The notes below the pieces were generated by a model that saw only the letters and a program-made list of their open reading frames with translations, did no database searches and was not told the origin of the DNA. Below are positions 12,100 to 24,721 of a DNA stretch of 64,000 nucleotides, in pieces. Each line of letters starts with the position of its first letter. Positions within the stretch are counted from its first letter, which is position 1. Made by a program: the position numbers and the translations under genes. The stretch comes from Chiloscyllium plagiosum. Its lineage: Eukaryota. Location: the NCBI RefSeq assembly GCF_004010195.1, contig NC_057749.1, positions 25,149,248-25,213,247 on the forward strand. The letters run 5' to 3'.

Positions 12100-12635
12100 C
12101 CATGTCCTCTCTCCCCATTTCCCCCATCCCAGTGGGACTGCCCGCTCTTTCCAGTCTGGCAGTTAGACACGCCATTGTTCTACCGTTCTCATATTCTGAT
12201 CACTTAACCTGCACCCTTATCAGCAGCTTCTCTCCCCCAGCACTCCACCCCTCATTATTGTGTAAATACTGCTCCCCCTTCACATCAGCTCTGATGAAGA
12301 CTCACCAAGGCTCAAAACGTTAGTTTGCTGTCTCTCCACGGATGCTGCCTGACCCGCTGTGATCTCCAGCATTTGGTGGTTTCAGTACGGATTCCAGCAC
12401 ATGCGGTACTTTACTCCTCTATAGACAAGCACAGCCGGTCAGGCAGCGTCCGAGGAGCAGGAGCATCAACATTTCAGCCATTCGCCCTTCATCATTCCTG
12501 ACCCAATGCTGCCTGACCTGCTGTGCTTTTCTAATCTCGACTCTGATTTCCAGCATCTACAGGCCTCACTTTTGCCTTTGATTTCTCTCTGCCAGACCTG
12601 CTGAACTTTTCCAGTATTTTCTGTTTTCGTTTCTG
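12100..12635 (+). mobile_element. Cluster of PLE 3' UTR/terminus fragments (families C and A)
   Basis: CTGATGAAG...AAAACGTTAG at 12291-12323; fold-back family A copy at about 12425-12575. Confidence 0.75.
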
Positions 12636-12886
12636 TTATTGTGGATTGATTTTAGCACAGTCCCTCATTTCCCCCCTACTCTTAGGTGCATTATGACATT
12701 GACTGGGTTGCATTCACACATTTCCTCATATTATCACTTATTCAGCTTCTCTTCTGTCCTGGGCTTGCTGTCCGTTATCGTCTGGTTTACCGACCCCTTT
12801 CGTAACTCTCTCTCTGGGCTCCCATCTCCACTGCCCACTCACCTCTCTCCTTCCCCCGGCCTTCCCTCCAACTTCTGCATAAACCT

Positions 12887-13060
12887 CAGAGGAGCCTCGA
12901 TTATCCGGCATTCGATTAGCCAATTATCGGATTATCCGGCAAGATTGCAAGGTCCCGATGCTCGGCTAAACTATGTTATCCAGCATTCGATTTTCAGGAA
13001 TTTGACTAACCGAACGAAATGCACCCTGCCCGTGTCCTTCGGATAATCAAGATTCCTCTG
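12887..13060. mobile_element. pogo/Tigger-like MITE inside a PLE 3' UTR (about 12800-13205)
   Basis: TIRs CAGAGGAGCCTCGATTATCCG / CGGATAATCAAGATTCCTCTG, followed by TA on the right. Confidence 0.8.
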
Positions 13061-13329
13061 TATCACTTTCTCCGAGCTGCTACCAGTTCTGATGAAGAGA
13101 TACTGGACCTCGAACCATGAACTCTGCTTTCTCTCCACTGACCTGCTGAGTTTCTGCACCAACTTCCGTTTTTGTTGTAGATCTCTAGCAGTTCTTTGTT
13201 TTATTTATCGACATCAATCGTGTTTGGTTTTATTCGCTACCTGGGAAGAATTTACAAGTTCATTGTCACCATGTTATAAATGCACCTTCCTTGGTCATTG
13301 AGTGTATTTAAGACAGAGATAGATAGGTT

Positions 13330-14010
13330 GTTGGAGAGAAAGCAAGCTAACGTTTCCAGTCTTGACGACTCTACATCAGAGTCAAAGAGTGTGGTGCTGG
13401 AAAAGCACAGCCGGTCATGCAGCATCCGAGGAGCGGGAGAGTCGATGTTTCGGTCATAAGCCCTGAGCTCCTCGGATGCTGCCTGACCTGCTGCGCTTTC
13501 CAGCACCATACTCTCGACTCTGATCTCCAGCATCTGCAGTCCTCACTTTCTCCCGCTGTCATGTTCAGTCAATGCAATTGTTCAAACTTTTTTTGATTCT
13601 TGAGGGATGCAGAGTTTGGGGAATGATCTACCAGACAGAGGTGGAGGAGGCTCAATACTTCCTTAAGGAGCTTATCTGTGGTTGCATTGTCTAACACATC
13701 TGTCAAACCTCCGGTTTAATCCTACAGTCCCTTCGCTTCCCTTTCCTATTGTGACCTTTCCTGATGAAGAGCTTACGCTTGAAACGTCGACTCTCCTGCT
13801 CCTCGGATGCTGCATGACCGGCTGTGCTTTTGCAAGACCAGATTTCTTGACTCTGATCTCCAGCATCTGCAGTCTTCATTTCCTCCTAGACTCTTCATCA
13901 GAGCCATCGGGACTTGAAACGTTAGCTTGCCCTCTCTCCATGGATGCTGCCTAACCCGCTGTGATCTCCAGCATTTGTTGGTTCCAGCTTCTGCATTAAT
14001 TTGCTCCTAT
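13330..14010. mobile_element. Nested PLE termini (families C and A) inside a CR1 3' end
   Basis: Fold-back copy at 13376-13552 and family A copy at 13755-13888; flanking CR1 tail at 13300-13330 and 14010-14158. Confidence 0.8.
13759..13790 (+). ncRNA. Minimal hammerhead ribozyme motif, core intact
   Basis: TC-CTGATGA-A-GAGC-TTAC-GCTT-GAAA-CGTC-GA. Confidence 0.65.
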
Positions 14011-14279
14011 AGCTGGGTTTTTGATTAGTGAGGGGATTGAGGGTTATGGGGTAGAGGAGAAAGGCTGGAGGATGGGGTTGAGACGCATAGCAGCCATGAT
14101 TGAATGGCGGAGCAGACTCAATGGGCTGAATGGCCTAATTCTGCTCCTGTATCTTATGGTCAAATCTGGAGTGGATGCAAACTGAAACTGAGCCTCCTGT
14201 TCGAGGCAGTGATAGTACCCAACACAGCTCCAGAACTCACCCATAAGTGTACCTTAACAGAGTATGTACATCAATAATC

Positions 14280-14525
14280 AATCAAACCTATCAACAAACA
14301 CATCGAGTTAGACTCCATCTACCACCCCCTGAGAAAAGGAACAGGAAGTGACTTCATCACAGGAAATGACATCACCAACCCAAAGAAACCCAAACATATC
14401 AATAGAAAGCAGGAATTTTCAGCATTGCTTCACCTGAGGCCCACTGAAGATGTTACCTAGTAGGGTAACAAAGCTTCTGGAAATGAACCTTTCAGCTCAG
14501 CGAGCAAACCTACATCCAAAACCAA
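14280..14525 (+). mobile_element. Poseidon-type PLE 3' end with degenerate hammerhead (family D)
   Basis: Peptide INKHIELDSIYHPLR; CCA-CTGAAGA-T-GTTACC-TAGTAG-GGTAAC-AAAGCTTC-TGG at 14441-14480. Confidence 0.75.
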
Positions 14526-15254
14526 TCACCTCCAATTCCCAATAATGTTACTGGGAGTAATTTTATCCTGACTGGTGGAATACTGTTATCACCACTTTAA
14601 GTCTGTGAGAAAGTGAGTCATTGTCAATACTGCCTGAAGGTGACTTGAATTTCACTTTCTAGTTATCACTGAGACTATCAACTGACTGAAAATTAGTCCC
14701 TGGGCCTTTACGCTAATAGCTATTGGCTTAAAGAACAGTCTGGCACCTTGTGTATTGATTCATACAGGAGAGAGCTGGCTGAGTTTTCAATTCTTCGAGG
14801 AATGGTGGATGTAATTTGCAGTCGAGAAAATGTAAACAGGGTGAGAGCAGACTGAGATCAGCAGAAGAGCAAGATCACTACAACAGCCTGCATTGACGTA
14901 GCACCGGGAATGCAGCGAAAGGTTCCAGGATGCTTTTACAGCCAAACAAGATGTTGCAACGAGGAGGTTTTAGAACAGGAGAAGAAGCTAAAGGTTTTTC
15001 TTTCAATGTTCAGTCGTGGAACGTGGGTCTTGTTGGTTGGGAAAGTCAATCTTTAATTGCCCTGGACGAGGTTGTGGTGAGCTGCCTTCTTGTACTGCTA
15101 TTAGGTGCTGGGGGATGACTGGAATTTCACCCAAAACACCGTTGGAGAAAGAGTTTGAAGAGGAGCTTCTAAGAAGAAAGGGTGGTTGAGAGGTTTGCAC
15201 AGGGAATTTCAGAGCTTAGAGATAGCTGAGTAAGTAGCAGGAAAAGATCAAATA

Positions 15255-16190
15255 GAATCATAGAGGTATACCGTATTGGAACAGACCCTTTGGTCAACTT
15301 GTCCATGCTGACCAGATACCTGAAATTACTTTAGACCCATTTGCCAGAATTTGGTCCACATCCCTCTAACCCCTTCCTATTCATATACCTATCCAGATGC
15401 CTTTTAAATGTTGTAATTGTACAGCCTCCACCACTTCCTCTGGCAGCTCATTCCATAAACACACCACCCTCTGCATGAAAAAGTTGCCCCTTAGGATCCT
15501 TTGAAATCTTTCCCCTCTCACCTTAAGCCTAGTCCCTCTAATTTCCCCTACCCTGTGGAAAAGACCTTGACTATTTGCCCTTTCATGCCCCTCATGATTT
15601 TATAAACCTCTATAAGGTCACCCCTCCACCTCCAATGCTCCAGGGAAAACAGCCCCCGACCAATCAGCCTCTCCCTGTAGCTCAAATCCTCCAACTCTGG
15701 CAACATCCTTGTAAATCATTTCTGAACAATGGCTCAGTGGTTAGCACTGCTGCCTCACAGTACCAGGGACCCGGGTTCGATTCTAGCCTCGGGCGACTGT
15801 CTGTGTGGCGTTTGCACATTCTCCCTGTGTCTGTGTAGGTTTCCTCCCACAGTCCAAAGATGTGCAGGTTAGGTGAATTGGCCATGCTAAATTGCCCAAA
15901 GTGTTCAGGGATGTGTAGGTTAGGTGCATTAATCAGGGGTAAATATAGGAGAATAGTGTCGGGGAATGGGTCTGGATGGGTTACTCTTTGGATGGTTGGT
16001 GTGGACTTGTTGGACCGAAGGACCTGTTTCCATACCATAGGGATTTGATTAACCCTTTCAAGTTTAACAACATCCTTCCTGTAGCAGGGAGACCAGAATT
16101 GATTGCAGTATTCCAGCAGTTGCCTCACCAATAATTTGTACCGCTGCTACGTGACCTCCCAACTCCTACACTCAACGCATTGACCAACAG
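15255..16190 (-). mobile_element. HER1/CR1 LINE 3' fragment with HE1 SINE insertion (15729-16048, plus)
   Basis: VRQLLEYCNQFWSPCYRKDVVKLERV on the minus strand. Confidence 0.9.
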
Positions 16191-16384
16191 ATACTCAATT
16201 CCATCCAAAAATAAATTTGGTCACTGCTGCACAATTGTGCTTCTTGGTTCCCCCAGACTGGGAAAACACTGGGCTGTGGGGCCCATGGGATTCCTCATCC
16301 AGCACATATTGAGAATTAGTGGATGGAAGCAGTGACCTCTATCCTTTCCATGCCTCCCTTCCTATTATTATGGGATCCCAAATT

Positions 16385-16930
16385 TTGATTTGATTTATTA
16401 TTGTCGCATGTACCTAGATACAGTGAAAAATTTTGTTTTGCATGCAGTACAGGCAGATCATACCATACAAAGATCATAGGGTGACAGAACAAAGCTAGGA
16501 ATACAATGTTATGGCTGCAGAGAAGGTGCACAATGAACAAGATCAACATTAGATTTAAAATTTGAGAGGTCCCTTCAGAAGTCTAATACCAGAAAGGAAG
16601 AAGCTGTTCTTGAATCTGTTGGTTTGTGTATTTAAGCTTTTGTATCTTCTGCCCGACAGAAGAGGTTGGGAGAGATTATAACCGGGGTGGGAGGGGTCTT
16701 TGATGATGTTGGCTGCCTTCCCGAGACAGTGGGGAATGTACAAAAGAAACAATTGCCAGAAAAGCTCAGCAGGTCCAGCAGCATTGGTGCAGTGAAGTCA
16801 GAGTTAACATTTCGGGTTGAGTGACTCTTCCTCAGAACTGCAAGAAGTGTAGGCAGAGTCAATGGATGGAAGGTTGGTTTGGGTGATGGACTGGGCTGTG
16901 TTCACAACTCTCTGTAGTTTCTTACAGCCC
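16385..16930 (-). mobile_element. Rex1/Babar LINE 3' fragment with a PLE terminus inserted at 16741-16841
   Basis: KAANIIKDPSHPGYNLSQPLLSGRRYKSLNTQTNRFKNSF; (TTTGA)n tail. Confidence 0.85.
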
Positions 16931-16988
16931 TGAAGCCATTCAGGCTCTCAACTGTTTATCACATCTTCTTTGTGGATAAAACATGAAA

Positions 16989-17199
16989 CTGGTAAAAGCA
17001 CAGCAGGTCAGGCAGCATCAGAGGAGAAGGGGAGTCGATGTTTCAGGTCGGAACCTTTCTTCAGAACCTTCATGAATCCTGATGAAAGGTTCCGACCTGA
17101 AACATTGACTTCCTTTTTCCTCTGATGCTGTCTGACCTGCTGTGCTTTTACCAGCTCCACTCTTTATCCTCTCTGATTCTCCAGCATCCACAGTCCTCA
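16989..17199. mobile_element. Fold-back PLE terminus (family A variant)
   Basis: Arms at about 16989-17064 and 17079-17154; CTGATGA-A-AGGT-TCCG-ACCT-GAAA at 17079-17102. Confidence 0.85.
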
Positions 17200-17212
17200 T
17201 GGGAAAAAAAAA

Positions 17213-17458
17213 ATCCCATGCAAAGGACTGCAAAAAACACTACATAGGACAAACAGGAAGACAGCTAACGATCCGCATCCATGAACACCAACTAGCCACG
17301 AAATAATACGACCAGCTATCCTTAGTAGCCACACACGCAGATGACGAGCAATGTCACCGAGACAGGGGACGAAACGTCTGCAACACAAATTTCCAGCTCG
17401 GCGAACAGAGCCACAACAACGAGCACCCGAGCTACAAATCTTCTCCCAAACTTTGAAG
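17213..17458 (+). mobile_element. Poseidon-type PLE, internally deleted GIY-YIG plus terminus
   Basis: KHYIGQTGRQLTIRIHEHQLA; followed by GTCACC...GGGAC-GAAACGTC-TGC. Confidence 0.85.
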
Positions 17459-18624
17459 AGGTCATGGGTTTGGAGGGGGCTCTTGGTAGGTTGCTGCGGT
17501 GCATCCTGCAGATGGTACACACTGCTGCGTCTGTGGTGATGGGATGGGAGTGAATGTTGCAATTGGTGAATGGATTGCTAATTGAGCAGGTTGCTTTGAT
17601 CTGGTTGAAATTTGGACTAAAGAGGACATGGAGAGGTTGAAAAGGGAATTCCTGAGCTTAGGCAGCTGGGCTGCAATTGGCTAAGGGGGAGTGAGTAAAT
17701 CTGGGGAGGCTGAAGAGACTGGACTTAAGTCAGTGAAAACGTCTCAGAGGGCCATAACAACTGGAGATACTTACAGAGAAGCGAGAGGCTAAAATCATAG
17801 AGAAACGTATGGTTTAAAAATTGCGGTAAGGAGAGTCCTTACTGGTAACCTCAGCTGGTGCGTCAGATGATAAGATCTAGGAGGGGGATTAGGCCATTCA
17901 GCCCATCAAGTCTGCTCCACCATTCAATCATGGTTGATATGCTTCACAACCTTATTCTCCCCATAATCCTTAATTCCTGGTGCAGGAATTAAGCTCACAC
18001 AGATGGTATCACTCTGCATTGCAAACTACTAGCCATCCAGCCAACTGAGCCAACCAACTCCCACTTTGGGTTATCATACTGCATTGTCCAGCGAAAGATG
18101 GTCCTGGACTGGGTTTTGAGTTTGTAGGCTGACTGTGGCTAATGTTGCAAACTCTCAACTGAGTGTGTATACGTCCATGCTCTAGCTGCTGATAGTAATA
18201 AAGTAAGGTTAGAGCACGTGGATAAGAGGCAGTTTTGAAAATGGGAAAGTGTGATAAAATCTGAGTTCACCTGCCACAGAGGTATGTCAGAACACGTTGA
18301 TTACTTTTTATACAAAAACGACTTTCTATCAGCTGGGGTTGGATCTGTGGAAGGGAACTTAATCTGCCTATGTCATGTTGTAAATAAACCACCTTGGAAA
18401 TAGTTTGTTGCCTGTTTTATCCTTTTCCAGACTGATATTTACTGGATGAACAATTGTAAAATCATACTATCCAATGGTCCCTTCCCCTTCAGACTGAGGG
18501 GTAAAAGCTGCCCGAATGGCTAACATTTCAATCTGTTAATGCTGTACTGAAGTTTCACGAGCCTGGAAATCACTAAACTCTGCTGTGACCATCTTGCCCT
18601 GTCAAATAGACTTCAAGACTCTCT

Positions 18625-19045
18625 ATAGAGCCATAGAGCCATACAGCACAGAAACAGACCCTTTGGTTCAACCAGTCTGTGTCGAACATAATGGAGTAAG
18701 AGAAAGTGAGGACTGCAGATGCTGGAGATCAGTGTCGAAGAGTGTGGAGTTGGAAAAGCACAGCCAATCAGGCAGCATCCGAGAAGCAGGAGAGTCTATG
18801 TTTCGAACATAAGCTCTTCATCAGGAATGAAGGGCTGATGAAGGGCATATGGCCGAAACATCCATTCTCCTGCTCCTCAGATGCTGCCTGACCTGCTGTG
18901 CTTTTCCAGCACCACAAACTTCATCTTCGTGCCGAACATACTCCACATTAAACTCGTCCCACCTGCCTGCACCTGGCCCATGTCCCTCCAAACCATTCCT
19001 ATTCATGTACTGATCCAAATGTCTTTTAAATGTTGTAATTGAACC
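18625..19045 (-). mobile_element. HER1/CR1 3' end with fold-back PLE insertion (about 18695-18927)
   Basis: TFKRHLDQYMNRNGLEG; TSD GTG[TC]CGAACATA at 18679-18690 and 18929-18940. Confidence 0.85.
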
Positions 19046-19066
19046 AGACTGACTTGCTTCAGAAAG

Positions 19067-19905
19067 ATAAAACTCACGCAACACCAGTTTATAGTCCAAC
19101 AGCTTTATTTGGAAGTACAAGCTTTCGGAGCACTGCTCCTTTGTTGGGTAACTAGTGAGGCAGGATCATAGGACACAGAATTTATAGCAAAAGATCAAAG
19201 TGTCATATAACTGATGTATATTGAACAAACCTGGACTGCTGTTAGAATGGGTTGCGGGTTTTGATTCATTTATATGTAAATCCCAGAATTTCTTTCAGGT
19301 CGCAGTCCCAAGATAACTGAAGGTTTTATAAGAAAGGTGACGGCTCGGCTCAGACGATGCATTAAAGGTGTGAGATTAGAATCCGTCTGTATCCCTTTAA
19401 GTCAGACAGGTTCCATTTCCAAAGTGAGAATTTATAAAATGTGATGTGGACTGACTGCCTACAGAATGTGTGCTTTTTGAACAAAATAGAATGTATCTGC
19501 AAATGCACATTCACCCCATAGACGTGTATGTGTATGTATTGGGCACCTTTAATGCATTGTCTGAGCTGAACTGTCACCTTTTTTATAAAACCTTAAGTTA
19601 TCTCGGGACTGTGACTCAAAAGAAGTTTTGGGATTTACATATAAATGAATCGAAACCTGCAACCCATTCTAAGTAATTAGAGACTTAACAACAATCTAGG
19701 ATGGTTCAATACATTGCATCAGTTGTCTGACATTTTGATGTTTTACTATAGATTCTGTGAACTACGATCCTGCCCCACTAGCTACCTGATGAAGGAGCAG
19801 TGCTCTGAAAGCCAGTGCTTCCAAATAAACCTGTCGGACTGTAACCTGGTGTTGTGTGATTTTTAAGTTTGTCCACCCCAGTCCAACACCGGCTCCTCCA
19901 CATCG
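19067..19905. mobile_element. Long fold-back PLE (family B) with ~300-bp inverted arms
   Basis: Arms at about 19070-19369 and 19543-19865; TSD TTGCTTCAGAAAG at 19054-19066 and 19906-19918. Confidence 0.9.
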
Positions 19906-20164
19906 TTGCTTCAGAAAGGCATTGAAGAACAAATATTGGTGCTGACTGGAACGACTCCACAACATGTGTCACCCTTTCCCATCGTTTTCTCCTATTACCC
20001 ACTCAAATGTCCCACTTGAGTGAACTTTTAATGAATCTATCTTGGATACACTATTGCAACCTGTGCCTTTAACTACTGACGTTAGACTATACTTGGAGTA
20101 CAGTGCATAGCTCTGGACTCTAGATTGAATAGGGTGTAGAGAAGGGAGAAGGGGCAAGATATGT

Positions 20165-20560
20165 GGGCAGCACAGCGGCTCAGAGGTTAGCTCTGCTGCC
20201 TCACTGCTTCAGGGACCTGGGTTTTATTTCAGTCTCAGGTGTCTGTGTGGAGTTTGCACAGTCTCCCCCCGTCTTAGAGTCTTAAAGATGTACAGCATGG
20301 AAACAGACCATTCAGTCCAACCCGTCCACGCCGACCAGATATCCCAACCCAATCTAGTCCCACCTGGCAGCACCCGGCCCATATCCCTCCAAACCCCTCT
20401 CACAGTCCAAAGATGCGCAGGCGAGGTGGATTGGCCATGAGAAATATAGGGTCACAGGAATAAGATGGGGGCACGGTAGGTCGTGAGGGATGCTCTTCAC
20501 TGCATTGGTGTGGGCTCATCGGGCCACAAGGCCCCTTTCGCACTGTAGGGATTCTATGAA
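20165..20560 (+). mobile_element. HE1-type SINE interrupted by an antisense HER1 tail (about 20274-20397)
   Basis: SINE head, then ...CACAGTCCAAAGATG resumes at about 20400. Confidence 0.8.
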
Positions 20561-20950
20561 TTAAACAAAATAGGATTGTACTCCCTGGGATTCAGAAGGT
20601 TATGGAGTGCTGTGAATATTTCAAAGGGATAGGTCATGAGAAACTGTTGCTACTAGCTGTGGGAGTTTAAGACTCAGGAGCGTAGTCTAAATAATAAAGT
20701 CAGACCTTCAGGAGTGAAATTAGGAAATGTTTCTTTATACAAGGGCTCATCGAAGTGTGAAACACTCTTACACAAATGACAACTGAGACTAAATCAATTG
20801 TTAGTTTTAAGTCTAAACTTGATGGAATTTTCTTAAAGATGTTAAGGAACGTAAGACAAAACAGTGATGTGGCATAAGGTGACAGGTCAACCATGACCTC
20901 ATCAAATGGCAGAACAGACCCAAGGGGCTGAAAGGTCACCTTCCGTTTCC
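20560..20950 (+). mobile_element. Old CR1 3' fragment
   Basis: CCTTCAGGAGTGAAATTAGGAAATGTTTCTTTATACAAGG; CR1-type terminal hairpin. Confidence 0.65.
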
Positions 20951-21874
20951 TGCATTTTTGTTGCATTCTAACACTTAAATTCTCCAGTTCCTTCAGACCC
21001 TCTCCTCTTCCTTTTTCTGATCACATTGTGTTGGATGTAATTTAGCAAATCATTTCTTATTAATGGAATAATTTTTCACTTCAAAGTTCATTAAATCACT
21101 ACTTGAAGCATCTTAATTTATTAAGCATCTTTCTTTTCCTTGACTTAAAATATTAACTATATTATTCAGGTCTGTTTATTAAAATATTTATTAATTTCAT
21201 ATTGTCGTTACAATATGTGTTCTAATTTAGAAATGTTCAGTCTGCAACCTTCTTTTTGAAATCCTATACATAAATGGTCAAATTTCCATCAAACAGCCTG
21301 CTCATGTTGAGGTCTATAATCCCATTCAGTGAATTCTGTTTGAAGTGACTGAATTAATGAACATCACGAGGACCTGATCAAATTCTTGGAGATTATGACG
21401 CTGGTGGATGTGAAGAAAATTATTTTCCTTGTGGGGAATCCAAAACTAGGGGCTGTAAATATAAGAGCTAATAAATACAATAAGGAATTCAGGGGAAAAG
21501 AAATACAGGGAGTATGAGAGTGTGGAAACCAGGAAAGGGAAAAGGAACAGGAAGGTGAGATATGGGGCAAAAAACATTTGCCATAGTTCACAACATAAAA
21601 TGTTGCAGATGCTGGAATTCTGTCCCTATAATTTTTTTCTCTCCCCCACACCCATTTTCTCAGACCCTGTTCAAAACGTCTTCTTCAACCAAGTTTTAAG
21701 TCAGTTCTCTTAATGTTTCCTTCTTTGGTTCAGTGTAAGGTTATGCTACTGTCATACTGTCAGTGTCTTATATAAGTATAAAAGTTTTTGGTGATGGTAA
21801 TGTGTATGTGAATGCTTCTTAGAAATCAGAACTGCAATATGAAACTGGATGCCATTCTGCTCACTGACATCACT

Positions 21875-22199
21875 CAGAAAACTTTGTTTTAATCAGCACC
21901 TTAATTAACCGGCACTCTCAATACACCAGTAAAAATGAGGCCTCTGAAATACTGCAACGCTATTGTATTATCACAATGTTGGAGTAGTCAGCTGAGGGGT
22001 GCGTCAGATGGCTCTCTGCCGGTAACTTTTATTTCAGACAAATAAAGTGTAACAGTGGTGTGTATACCTCCCCCTGCACTACATAAGGCTGACAGTGTGT
22101 GTGATTTTACATTGATTAGATGTGAACGGCCCTCTTGATCAACTGGAATATTAGATCAGATGCTGCTCCCAGAATTGCTGGTTAATGAAACGTTTGCTG
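21875..22199. mobile_element. Degenerate Tigger-like MITE
   Basis: Imperfect TIRs CAGAAAACTTTGTTTTAATCAGCA / TGCTGGTTAATGAAACGTTTGCTG, then TA. Confidence 0.5.
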
Positions 22200-22221
22200 T
22201 ATGTACAGTGAAATGATTAGA

Positions 22222-22548
22222 ATTAGAATCCCTACAGTGTGGAAACAGGCCCTTCAGCCCAACAAGTCCATACTGACCCTCTGAAGAGTAACCTACCCAG
22301 ACCCCTACGCTATATTTACCCCGCCTAATGCACCTAACCTACACATCCCTGAATACTATGGGCAATTTAGCATGGCCAATTCACCTTAACCTGCGCATCA
22401 TTGGACTGTGGGAGAAAACCAAAGCACACAAAAGAAATCCACACAGACACGGGGAGAATCCAAACAGACAGTCACCCAAGGCTGGAATCAAACCCAGGTC
22501 CCTGGTGCTGTGAGGCAGCAGTGCGAACCACTGAGCCACCGTGCCGCC
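22222..22548 (-). mobile_element. HE1-type SINE, full length
   Basis: Ends in GAGCCACCGTGCCGCCC (reverse-complement head). Confidence 0.9.
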
Positions 22549-22659
22549 CGAAAGTATTAGCTCACAAGCTGTAAATAAAACTCTGGCGATGATGTTACAT
22601 TGACCTGGATCTCTTTCATCCTTTTGCAATTCTGCGTGCAATTCTGGTCTCCTTCCTTC

Positions 22660-23070
22660 AATGTCAGTGTTCACATTGGAAAAGGGCAGTGTTAGTGAGA
22701 ATATGGAGATACAGGCTACAAGATTAGATGGGATTGAAGTTGACAAAGAGGAGGTTTTAGCAATGTTGGAACATCTGAAAATAGATAAGACCCCTGGGCT
22801 GGATGGGATTTATCCTCGGATTCTATGGGATGCCAGGGAGGCGATTGCAGAGTCTTTGGCTTTGATCTTTATATTTACCTTGAGAGAATTCTGGACTTCA
22901 GACTTCTGAACTTTCTCCCCATTTTGAAAATGGTCCATGCCTCTATGCTTCAGGTCCTTCATCTAGATTGTTAATGTATAAAGTTAAATGTATAATGTAT
23001 AAGTGTGGTCCCAACACTGAGCCTTGTGGGACATCTGAAAGTATTGTGCTTCTTCTATATGAAACGTCTG
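22660..23070. mobile_element. CR1 internal fragments in both orientations
   Basis: Plus strand: LKIDKTPGLDGIYPRIL. Minus strand: VPQGSVLGP...YINNLDEG. Confidence 0.75.
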
Positions 23071-24214
23071 TCTGGGTCACAGCGTCAAATTCCTGGAGTG
23101 TAGATTTGAACAACAAGCTCACAATTCCAAGCAAGGTGCCAGTCAGCCTGACATTAGTTATGGACAGGTTCCTTTGAAATAGTTTGAGATAGAATACATT
23201 ACAATATGAGTAAAAGATGAAACAGCAAAAAGAGCAATATTGCTTAAAGGAGAATTAAGAAAAAACATTGCGACACACAAGGTAGAAAGAGTTCATAATA
23301 AAATCAGAAAATATTAGCAATATTCATAACTGGGTCATCTATGGAGATCAAAAAATTGATTTGTAGAATGGCTACAGCTCAGAGGAGACCATTGGGCCCA
23401 TTTTGTTGGTGCTAGCTCTCTGTGAGAGCAACTCACCTTGTCCCACTCCCCAAATATAAACAGCGTTGGAGGAACTCAGCACATCTTTGGAGAAACATTA
23501 ACCCTGTTTCTCTCTCCAAAGATGCTGCCAGACCTGCTGAGCTACTCTAAGAATTGCTGTTTTGAATCCAGATTTCCAGCGTCCGCAGCCCTTGCCCCTT
23601 CATTTGAGTAGCCTCACTTGCCCCCCCTGCTTTCTTCATTGCCCTGCAGATCTTTTCTCTGTCGAATTCTCTTTGGAAGGCTATGGGAAGAGATAATGAC
23701 AGTGGAGGCTGCAGATGTAACGTGGGGAGGGGGGGGGGGTAAGTCTGTGTTTTAAATTCAGAGAGAGGAAGCTAAAATTCTCAGCCCCTATCCAACATGT
23801 TGGGAATAGAGGTGGAAATGGGATGAGCTGGAGGCTTGAAAACATTCGTTTCAGCCGGTGTGTTAGTATTGGGATCCATCCCCCTCTTGGATATCTTGGA
23901 GTAAACAAGTACGGGACCTGGGAAGGCTATCCATGCCCATGAAAGAGGCTATTAGGCCTCGTATGTTTAAGAAGTTGATTGGAAACCTACTGGGAATTCT
24001 CAGTTTCCCTAAGCAACAGAACACCAACCAGGTTGGGGAAGGGGACAGAACAACAACAATCGAGAGGCCTCCCATCTTGTCGATGCTCCATCTACACACT
24101 CACTGATCTTGTACCGTACCCAAGTGTTCAGAGCTCGAAGGGTTCTGATTGATCCATGTTCCTGAACAGCTCAGTGTTTAACAGGGACAGGGAGAGGCTG
24201 AATTGGCGGGGTCT

Positions 24215-24487
24215 ATTTTCCCTGAAGCATAGGAAGATGAGGAGTGACCTTACAGAGGTTTATAAAACATGAGGAGTATGATTGGGGGGGGGGAATAGCC
24301 AAGGACCTTGTCTCGGGTATGGGGAGCCCAAAACTAGAGGGCATAGGTTTAGGGTGAGAGGGGAAAGATAGAAAAGGGACCTAAGGGGAAACGTTTTCAC
24401 AGAGACGGTGGTGCGTGTATGGAATGAGCTGCCAGAGGAAGTGCTGGAGGCTGGTACAATTACAGCATTTAATTCTATGACTGTATG
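24215..24487 (+). mobile_element. HER1/CR1 3' fragment
   Basis: ACTAGAGGGCATAGGTTTAGGGTGAGAGGGGAAAG...GGAATGAGCTGCCAGAGG. Confidence 0.85.
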
Positions 24488-24721
24488 AGTGGGAGATGAC
24501 AATTGCGGAAAGGTTGATGGAGGCCCATTAGTAGCATGAACTTTACTTGCAGCTGGACAGGGAAAGCCGCAAGACAAAGTGAAACAATGAACTGACCATC
24601 TTGAAAATGGCTGAGAGGTCAAAGGCCAAAACGAGAGATGATGCGTTATGGCTGCATTCATAAAGGATATTGTTCATGAATTTGCCTGGTGAAAAAGCAG
24701 GGGCAGGGCCTGAGTGTAGTA

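Noticed and set aside
18431..18500. Possible exon after the strong acceptor TTTTATCCTTTTCCAG
   Set aside because: Weak donor (GTAAAA), unrecognised peptide, no supporting neighbouring exons.
23770..24170. Purine-rich coding-like stretch (GYLGV-like motif)
   Set aside because: Likely a heavily decayed L1/Tx1 RT fragment, too degenerate to call.
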